Below are positions 26,303 through 32,000 of a DNA stretch of 32,000 bases, one piece after another (the first letter of the stretch is position 1; every line of letters starts with the position of its first letter). The notes beneath the pieces were generated by a model. It did not search any database. It saw only the letters and a list, made by a program, of their open reading frames with translations, and was not told the origin of the DNA. Source of the stretch: Parasynechococcus marenigrum WH 8102 (GTDB lineage Bacteria; Cyanobacteriota; Cyanobacteriia; PCC-6307; Cyanobiaceae); contig NC_005070.1 of assembly GCF_000195975.1 (NCBI RefSeq), forward strand, positions 180,001-212,000, written 5' to 3'. The position numbers and the translations under genes are program-made.

Positions 26303-26337
26303 CTCTAGAGCGTGGCCACAAGAGAAGAGGAGGCCAC

Positions 26338-26362
26338 AAAAAAACCGGCCCGAAGGCCGGTT
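26338..26362 (-). terminator. rho-independent terminator of psbEFLJ
   Basis: On the minus strand, AACCGGCC-TTCG-GGCCGGTT (26343-26362) is followed by a T-run (plus-strand A7 at 26338-26344). It lies 25 nt downstream of the psbJ stop. Confidence 0.7.
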
Positions 26363-26386
26363 GAACAATCAAACGCAACCTGAAGA

Positions 26387-26587
26387 TCAGGCGGAACCGA
26401 CGCCGGTATAGGAGCCATAAAAGAACAGGCCGACCACAAACAAAACAGCCATACCACCGGCTGTGGCCACAAGCCACAGGGGCAGAACGCCTTCGGTCCA
26501 GCGGGAGCGCCAGGGCACTGCAGGACGGCCATCAGGAAGGCGGTCGGGAATTCGACCATCGGGGAAGGGAGACTTATTGCCACTCAT
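26387..26587 (-). CDS. psbJ: photosystem II protein PsbJ (long 66-aa form)
   Basis: C-terminal 36 aa [35 protein letters not shown] match canonical PsbJ (..GRIPLW..LFFYG.Y.G.GS). Preceded by a 30-aa extension. Confidence 0.9.
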   Translation of the reverse strand: MSGNKSPFPDGRIPDRLPDGRPAVPWRSRWTEGVLPLWLVATAGGMAVLFVVGLFFYGSYTGVGSA

Positions 26588-26597
26588 TGGTCGAACC

Positions 26598-26717
26598 TTA
26601 GTTGAAGAAGTAGCTGGACATCAACACGCCGGTGACGAACACAAACAGCAGGCCCAGATAAAGGCTGGTGCGGTTGAGTTCAACCGGCAGGTTGTTGGGG
26701 TTGGGGTTGCGTTGCAT
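26598..26717 (-). CDS. psbL: photosystem II protein PsbL
   Basis: [39 protein letters not shown] (39 aa), from internal ATG 26717 of the 69-aa track ORF. Confidence 0.95.
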   Translation of the reverse strand: MQRNPNPNNLPVELNRTSLYLGLLFVFVTGVLMSSYFFN

Positions 26718-26725
26718 GGTGCTGA

Positions 26726-26863
26726 TCAGCGACGGATGAATTGCATCGCGGCGAGGGCGCCGAGGAAAAACACAGTCGGAACTCCGAGTGTGTGAAGGGC
26801 CAACCAACGCACCGTGAAGATCGGGTAGTTGCGTGGGGTGGTGGCGACGGGGGTCTGTGACAT
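26726..26863 (-). CDS. psbF: cytochrome b559 beta subunit
   Basis: Not in the ORF track (45 aa). My translation is [45 protein letters not shown], with the haem-ligand His in RWLALH. Confidence 0.95.
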   Translation of the reverse strand: MSQTPVATTPRNYPIFTVRWLALHTLGVPTVFFLGALAAMQFIRR

Positions 26864-26866
26864 GGG

Positions 26867-27115
26867 TTATTTCAGGCGGACGTCGAGTTCAGATTTACCC
26901 TCGTAGCGCTGGCTCACCACAGGAGCCTTGCTTTCGGAGGCCTGGAAATAAGCATCCGGACGAGGAGTACCGAAAGCGTCGTAGGCAAGGCCGGTGGACA
27001 CGAACAGGAACCCGGCAAGGAAGATCGATGGAAGAGTCACGAAGTGAATCACCCAGTAGCGGATGCTCGTGATGATTTCGAAGAACGGGCGTTCCCCTGT
27101 AGAGCCTGCAGCCAT
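26867..27115 (-). CDS. psbE: cytochrome b559 alpha subunit
   Basis: [53 protein letters not shown]... is near-invariant PsbE sequence. Confidence 0.97.
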   Translation of the reverse strand: MAAGSTGERPFFEIITSIRYWVIHFVTLPSIFLAGFLFVSTGLAYDAFGTPRPDAYFQASESKAPVVSQRYEGKSELDVRLK

Positions 27116-27185
27116 AGCTCATGCGTATCAGCCCAGCAATCTTAGGGGGTGATGCCGGGTCGCCGAGTGAGGCCTGAGCCCTTGG

Positions 27186-28187
27186 TTACACAGCGTTGCC
27201 CACCCAACGCAGCAGGTTGCCGCGCTCACCCAGCACGAAGGCGTGATCCCAATCGAACACCATGCGGGTGAAATTGCTGGGCTGGCGATCGCCCACGGGA
27301 TCGATCTCCCAGCTGTCAGCACCGTCGCGACTCACCAGCAGGGTTCCGTTGCCGCCGCCGGCCCAGATCGCGCCGTCTTCATCCCAGGCCATATCCATGT
27401 AGCCATAACCGTTGGTGATCGGGATGATCGCCTTGGTCCAGCTTTCGAGGTTCCCCGATTCGTCGTTCAGGCGGATCTGAGCCCCACGGGCCACCATCCA
27501 GAGGTTGCCGTCGGGTTGGTAGCCGATGCTCTGCAGTCGTTGGCTGCTCACCCGCTGGTGCACCTGCCAGACGGAGTCCCCGGGCTGCCAGGTGGCGTAG
27601 AAATTACCCAGGCTGCTCACGCTCACGTAGCTGCCGTCATCACCGCGACGCAGATCACGCACCGCACCAGCGGCATCGGTGACCAGAGCCTCCCAGCTGC
27701 CGCCGTCGTCATGGGTCTCGTAGACAGCCCCCACGTTGGTGGCCATTTCGGCGGAGTGGCTTCCCAGTGCCGTGATCAGGTAAGGCTCACCAGGCAGCTT
27801 GGTGTCGAGGAACAGACGCGTCCAGTTCTGACCGCCATCGCTGGTGTGCATCAGCAGTCCAGGTTGTCCGGCGATCCAGCCTTCGTCGCCGTTGAAGTCG
27901 ATGCTGATCAGTCGGAAGTTTTCTTCCTCGGGCAGATCAAGGCTGCGATCGTTCCAGGTGGCCCCTCCATCGTTGGTTTCACGGATCATCCGGTTGCTGC
28001 CCACGAGGTAGCCGTGGCGTGAATCCGTGAAGGCCACATCCAGGGGATTGGCCTCGGTGTCGAGGTTGAGGGCCTGCCAAGGGCTGGTGGAAGCGACAGG
28101 CAGGCGTGTCGTGACGCAGCCACTGAGGCTCACCCCCAGCACCAGCACCAGCAGCAGATTGATCGCAGAAGAGACGAAGCGCGTCAT
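27186..28187 (-). CDS. ycf48: photosystem II assembly factor Ycf48/HCF136 (7-bladed beta-propeller lipoprotein)
   Basis: Lipobox LSGC after a hydrophobic N-terminus. Repeated DGGxxW blades (NDGGATWN, SDGGQNWT, DDGGSWE, RDGADSWE). Confidence 0.9.
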   Translation of the reverse strand: MTRFVSSAINLLLVLVLGVSLSGCVTTRLPVASTSPWQALNLDTEANPLDVAFTDSRHGYLVGSNRMIRETNDGGATWNDRSLDLPEEENFRLISIDFNGDEGWIAGQPGLLMHTSDGGQNWTRLFLDTKLPGEPYLITALGSHSAEMATNVGAVYETHDDGGSWEALVTDAAGAVRDLRRGDDGSYVSVSSLGNFYATWQPGDSVWQVHQRVSSQRLQSIGYQPDGNLWMVARGAQIRLNDESGNLESWTKAIIPITNGYGYMDMAWDEDGAIWAGGGNGTLLVSRDGADSWEIDPVGDRQPSNFTRMVFDWDHAFVLGERGNLLRWVGNAV

Positions 28188-28192
28188 GGCGT

Positions 28193-28609
28193 TCAGCGGA
28201 GCGAATAGAGGGAGAGGAAGAAGGCGAAGGCCAGGGCGAGACCACCGAAGATCAGAACGTTTTTCTGACCAGGGGTCATGCGATTGACTCCGATGCCGAA
28301 ATTGAGGTTCTCCTCAAAACCACTGGCTTTGGTGCGGGGGCCGATGTCTCGGAAGGCCGGTTTACGACTGCGGCATACCGGACAGCGGAAGCCGGCCGGG
28401 TCGAGATCGTCAAAGGCTGTACCGGCCTCAATTCCCACTTTCTTGACTCCTTCTTCAGGGTCGTAGACATATCCACAGCTGCGGCACTCGAAGCGGTGGG
28501 TGCGTGGATCGCTTTCCGGGGGAGCCTCAACAGCGGTGTTTGCCTCATCGGCAACCGGCGGCTGGTCCGTTGTCGGCGGCTGTTCGGCCGGCTGAAGCTC
28601 GTCGCTCAC
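28193..28609 (-). CDS. rubA: membrane-anchored rubredoxin RubA
   Basis: GTG start. Rubredoxin CxxC pairs (FECRSCGYVYDPEEG ... FRCPVCRSRK) and C-terminal TM anchor NVLIFGGLALAFAFFLSLY. Acidic, Pro-rich N-terminal extension. Confidence 0.9.
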   Translation of the reverse strand: MSDELQPAEQPPTTDQPPVADEANTAVEAPPESDPRTHRFECRSCGYVYDPEEGVKKVGIEAGTAFDDLDPAGFRCPVCRSRKPAFRDIGPRTKASGFEENLNFGIGVNRMTPGQKNVLIFGGLALAFAFFLSLYSLR

Positions 28610-28692
28610 CGCTTTATTGCTGTGCGCGCTGACTCTATCCGCGTCAACTCTTGGCAGTGAATGCCAGACTGCCGCTGTGTACTGGGACGTTC

Positions 28693-29055
28693 ATGTTTGC
28701 CCTGCCAGGCTACGACGCCTTCCTCGGGTTTTTGCTGATCGCTGCGGCTGTTCCAGCCCTGGCTCTGATCACCAACAAATTCCTGGCGCCCAAGAGCCGC
28801 GCCGGGGAGCGCCAGCTCACGTATGAATCCGGGATGGAACCCATCGGTGGCGCCTGGATTCAGTTCAACATTCGCTATTACATGTTCGCCCTGGTCTTCG
28901 TCATTTTTGACGTGGAGACAGTCTTTCTCTACCCCTGGGCCGTGGCCTTTCACCGCTTGGGGGTCCTGGCGTTCATCGAAGCGCTCATCTTCATCACCAT
29001 CCTGTTGGTCGCCTTGGCCTACGCCTGGCGCAAGGGCGCCCTCGAGTGGAGCTAG
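28693..29055 (+). CDS. ndhC: NAD(P)H-quinone oxidoreductase subunit 3
   Basis: I chose in-frame ATG 28693 ([25 protein letters not shown].., the canonical NdhC N-terminus); the track ORF opens at TTG 28651. [19 protein letters not shown]. Confidence 0.93.
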   Translation: MFALPGYDAFLGFLLIAAAVPALALITNKFLAPKSRAGERQLTYESGMEPIGGAWIQFNIRYYMFALVFVIFDVETVFLYPWAVAFHRLGVLAFIEALIFITILLVALAYAWRKGALEWS

Positions 29056-29057
29056 CT

Positions 29058-29798
29058 ATGTCAGATCTCACCTCTCCTTCCATCACTGCAGTGCGCGACT
29101 TGCGGGAAGCCAGCTGCGGTCCGATCGGTGCCCCTGCGGTCACCAGTGACCTGAGCGAGAACGTCATCCTCACCAGCCTGGATGACCTTCACAACTGGGC
29201 CCGTCTCAGCAGCCTCTGGCCTCTGCTTTACGGAACGGCTTGTTGCTTCATTGAATTCGCAGCGCTGCTGGGATCGCGCTTTGATTTCGACCGCTTCGGT
29301 CTGGTTCCCCGCAGTTCGCCACGTCAGGCCGACCTCCTGATCGTTGCTGGCACGGTGACGATGAAAATGGCTCCAGCTCTTGTTCGGTTGTACGAGCAGA
29401 TGCCCGAGCCGAAATATGTGATTGCGATGGGCGCCTGCACGATCACCGGAGGCATGTTCAGCGCCGACTCCACCACTGCCGTGCGTGGCGTGGACAAGCT
29501 GATTCCCGTTGATCTCTACATGCCCGGTTGCCCACCGCGGCCGGAGGCAATTTTTGATGCGGTGATCAAACTGCGCAAGAAGGTTGGCGATGAATCCCTC
29601 GCCGAGCGTCGCAAGCACGTTCAGACCCACCGCTATTTCACGGTCTCCCATCAGATGAAGCGTGTTGAAGAGCAGGTGACCGGCTCCTATCTCCGGGCTG
29701 AGACCCAGAAAGCTGCCCTTGCCGCCGCCCCCGCTGGTCAGACGCTGGCCACCGATGCCGCCGTTCTTACCCCCGCACTTGAAGCTGTCGAGTCATGA
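29058..29798 (+). CDS. ndhK: NAD(P)H-quinone oxidoreductase subunit K (NuoB homologue)
   Basis: ATG 29058, 2 nt after the ndhC stop (the track opens at GTG 29046). [21 protein letters not shown] and MPGCPPRPE are the Fe-S cluster N2 cysteine motifs. Confidence 0.95.
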   Translation: MSDLTSPSITAVRDLREASCGPIGAPAVTSDLSENVILTSLDDLHNWARLSSLWPLLYGTACCFIEFAALLGSRFDFDRFGLVPRSSPRQADLLIVAGTVTMKMAPALVRLYEQMPEPKYVIAMGACTITGGMFSADSTTAVRGVDKLIPVDLYMPGCPPRPEAIFDAVIKLRKKVGDESLAERRKHVQTHRYFTVSHQMKRVEEQVTGSYLRAETQKAALAAAPAGQTLATDAAVLTPALEAVES

Positions 29799-30361
29799 GC
29801 GAAACCTCGAAGATTCCTCCTGCCTCCACCGAGGACACCTCTGCGGTTGTCGCCCCTGCGGCGGGGCCTGTGAGCCAGTGGCTGCAGCAGCAGGGCTTCG
29901 AACATCAGGCTCTCGAACCCGATCACGTCGGCATCGAGCAGATCGGTGTTGACGCTGCGGTGCTTCCGATCATCGCTGCAGCGTTGAAAAGCAATGGTTT
30001 CGATTACCTCCAGTGCCACGGCGGTTACGACGAAGGCCCCGGCGAACGCCTCGTTTGCTTCTATCACTTATTGGCCATGGCTGAGCAGCTGGAGGCCATG
30101 GCGTCTGACCCAGCAGCCCAATTGCGGGAAGTGCGGTTGAAGGTCTTCCTCAGCCGTGAAGGAACACCAGTTCTTCCTTCGATTTACGGACTGTTCCGCG
30201 GTGCCGACTGGCAGGAGCGGGAAACATTCGACATGTATGGCATTCAATTCGACGGCCATCCCCACCCCAAACGCCTGCTGATGCCGGAAGACTGGAAGGG
30301 TTGGCCGCTGCGCAAGGATTATGTGCAGCCGGATTTCTACGAAATGCAGGACGCCTACTGA
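29795..30361 (+). CDS. ndhJ: NAD(P)H-quinone oxidoreductase subunit J (NuoC homologue)
   Basis: ATGA overlap with the ndhK stop. [32 protein letters not shown]. Confidence 0.95.
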   Translation: MSETSKIPPASTEDTSAVVAPAAGPVSQWLQQQGFEHQALEPDHVGIEQIGVDAAVLPIIAAALKSNGFDYLQCHGGYDEGPGERLVCFYHLLAMAEQLEAMASDPAAQLREVRLKVFLSREGTPVLPSIYGLFRGADWQERETFDMYGIQFDGHPHPKRLLMPEDWKGWPLRKDYVQPDFYEMQDAY

Positions 30362-31680
30362 TCCCGTTCACGGCGATGGCCTCTGTAGAACCGCATCACC
30401 GCCAGGGCGAGACTGCGTGAGTCATGTCGGAGTGTGGCGGTTGGTCTGGCTCCTTGAAGGGGAGCTTGGGTGACGTCGTACCCGTCACTGCGTAGATCGT
30501 CCGCATCACAGACCACGGGCTGAGCACCGCGGGACCGGTAATGCTCCACCAGGGGCGAATCGTCCAGATCATCCTGAGCCAGGACGGCTGTGAACAGCCG
30601 TTGGTCGATGCCGAGGCTGGCCAGCTGTGCTTCGATCGCCCGCAGATGTCCACGCACATCCAGGCCATCCGTTTCCCCGGGTTGGGTCATCAGGTTGCAG
30701 ATGTACAGACGAGGCGCTCGGCTTCTACGGATGGCGCTGACCAGTTCCGGCACCAGCAGGTTGGGAAGCAACGAGGTGTAGAGGCTGCCTGGGCCCAGCA
30801 GGATCAGATCGGCACTGGCGATCGCCTCCAGGGCTCGGGGCAATGCTGGGGGACGTTCCGGCAGGCAGCCCAGCCGCACGATCGGGCTGGGGGCATGGCC
30901 GATGTTGCTTTCCCCCTCAATTCGATCACCATTCTCGAGCTCCGCCCAGAGCCGTACATCCACATTTGTGGCGGGCACCACTTGTCCCTGCACCGCCAGC
31001 ACCCGACTGGAGGCCGTGATGGCGGTTTCCAGATTTCCGGTGATCGCCGTCAGGGCAGAAAGGAACAGGTTGCCGAAGCTGTGGCCTTCCAGCCCGCTGC
31101 CGGCGGTGAAGCGGTACTGGAAGAGGCGGGTGAGCAGGGGTTCTTCGGTGGAGAGCGCTGCAAGGCAGTTGCGGATGTCCCCGGGGGGAAGCACCCCCAG
31201 CTCCCGCCGCAGTCGGCCGCTGCTGCCGCCGTCGTCGGCCACGGTGACGATGGCGGTGATGTGGCTGCTGTAACGCTTCAGGCCACTCAAGAGGGTCGAG
31301 AGACCGGTGCCGCCGCCGATGGCCACGATGTTCGGGCCGCGGTTGAGGCGGCTCTGGGTGCGGAGAGCATCTACCAGCACCGTGTCCTTGTCTGGGGCGA
31401 GGGCCTGCTGGATCGCCCCGAAACTGCGGCTCTGCCCCCAGAGCACCAGGCTGGTGCCGACGATCAACACCAACGGGCCGGTGATTTCGCGCGGCAGCAC
31501 GGTGGTGATCGTGCTCAGAAACCAGCTGAGGGTTTCGAGAATCCAGTAGATCGGTTTGAGATCCGCCCAGACCGCGGCCCCCAGCAGGGCCATCATCAGG
31601 CCGAGCCCTGAGGTCAGCACCCAGCGTTTGACCACCAGACCCGGTTGCAGCCAGCGGACAGCCCGCTGGGAGCGCGTCAT
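30355..31680 (-). CDS. YvcK/CofD-like (UPF0052, gluconeogenesis-factor family) protein with N-terminal membrane segment
   Basis: [43 protein letters not shown] and [15 protein letters not shown]. Preferred start is ATG 31680 ([11 protein letters not shown]..), followed by 3 hydrophobic helices. The track ORF extends to 31974, but that part is Arg/Pro-rich shadow sequence. Confidence 0.75.
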   Translation of the reverse strand: MTRSQRAVRWLQPGLVVKRWVLTSGLGLMMALLGAAVWADLKPIYWILETLSWFLSTITTVLPREITGPLVLIVGTSLVLWGQSRSFGAIQQALAPDKDTVLVDALRTQSRLNRGPNIVAIGGGTGLSTLLSGLKRYSSHITAIVTVADDGGSSGRLRRELGVLPPGDIRNCLAALSTEEPLLTRLFQYRFTAGSGLEGHSFGNLFLSALTAITGNLETAITASSRVLAVQGQVVPATNVDVRLWAELENGDRIEGESNIGHAPSPIVRLGCLPERPPALPRALEAIASADLILLGPGSLYTSLLPNLLVPELVSAIRRSRAPRLYICNLMTQPGETDGLDVRGHLRAIEAQLASLGIDQRLFTAVLAQDDLDDSPLVEHYRSRGAQPVVCDADDLRSDGYDVTQAPLQGARPTATLRHDSRSLALAVMRFYRGHRRERDQ

Positions 31681-31834
31681 CAGGTCCCGCCGGCGATAGG
31701 CCCGCAGCACCCTGGCTTGACGACGTTTGCTGTGCGGTGTGACGGGCGGCAAGGGCCGGAGAGTCCGGTCGTTGTTTGAACTGTACGGAGCCCGATGGGG
31801 CACGCCAGGATGGATGTGATTTTCGTCCCAGCGC

Positions 31835-32000
31835 GTGAGCCAGTCCCAGCAGCCGGTGGTCGAGATGCGGGATCTGACGATGCAGTGGGGCGCCCGGCCG
31901 GTGCTGGATCGCGTCAGTTTGGTGATGCAGCCAGGGGAGCGCCTGGCGGTGGTGGGGCCTTCTGGTGCAGGCAAATCAACGGTTCTGCGCCTGCTGGCAG
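31835..32000 (+). CDS. ABC transporter ATP-binding protein, N-terminal fragment (runs off the right edge)
   Basis: My translation from GTG 31835 is [55 protein letters not shown] (Walker [10 protein letters not shown]). In-frame stop at 31817-31819 upstream; ATG 31865 is an alternative start. Confidence 0.6.
   Translation, partial: MSQSQQPVVEMRDLTMQWGARPVLDRVSLVMQPGERLAVVGPSGAGKSTVLRLLA

Noticed and set aside
26312-26337. Hairpin GTGGCC-N14-GGCCAC just after the epimerase stop, considered as a plus-strand terminator.
   Set aside because: It is followed by an A-run, not a T-run, on the plus strand. The adjacent hairpin at 26343-26362 with a minus-strand T-run is the convincing terminator, for psbEFLJ.
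31681-31974. 5' extension of the YvcK-like ORF (98 extra codons), and likewise 11981-12037 for the SelD fusion and 28651-28692 for ndhC.
   Set aside because: The extensions are low-complexity, overlap neighbouring genes or promoter regions, and internal starts give family-typical N-termini.
1-32000. HIP1-type palindromes GCGATCGC (for example 9794-9801; others near 16.49, 27.29 and 30.82 kb).
   Set aside because: I noticed only about four copies, a modest excess over chance at this GC content. They are scattered inside coding sequence, with no array or structure.
1-32000. Scan for CRISPR arrays, rRNA/tRNA genes, transposases, integrases or toxin-antitoxin/defence-type genes.
   Set aside because: Intergenic space is minimal; the largest spacers are about 70-155 nt. 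None folds into a tRNA-like sequence, no direct-repeat/spacer periodicity was seen, and every long ORF has a metabolic, envelope or photosynthetic assignment.

Overview
High-GC chromosomal window that looks like a marine picocyanobacterium. The long 66-aa PsbJ, the rubA-ycf48-psbEFLJ and ndhCKJ clusters and the NADH-oxidoreductase::SelD fusion all fit Synechococcus subcluster 5.1. Gene order reminds me of strain WH8102, but I cannot verify that without an alignment. I support 32 protein-coding genes (two truncated at the edges) and no rRNA, tRNA, CRISPR or transposase. Left third (1-13 kb): all four Kdo genes (kdsA, kdsB, kdsC, kdsD) interleaved with pcrA, two sulfotransferases and a DxD glycosyltransferase. 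They are followed by a CCA/poly(A)-type nucleotidyltransferase coupled to a GT-C membrane glycosyltransferase, the SelD fusion and galE. Middle (13.1-21.6 kb): lower-GC accessory-looking block. It holds a translationally coupled operon (parvulin-like protein, ABC exporter with cNMP-like and C39-like N-terminal domains, HlyD adaptor, GT4 glycosyltransferase) and a strongly AT-shifted gene for a signal-peptide-less PhoD phosphatase with nine RTX nonapeptides. I consider this block the most interesting part. It is a type I secretion/glycosylation module whose three accessory domains all appear catalytically or ligand-binding degenerate, sitting next to a plausible cargo. Right third: hisS, a UDP-glucuronate branch operon (UXS, UGD, 4-epimerase), psbEFLJ, ycf48, rubA, ndhC-K-J, a membrane-anchored YvcK/CofD-like protein and the start of an ABC ATPase. 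All homology calls rest on motifs I recognise by eye. No searches were run.
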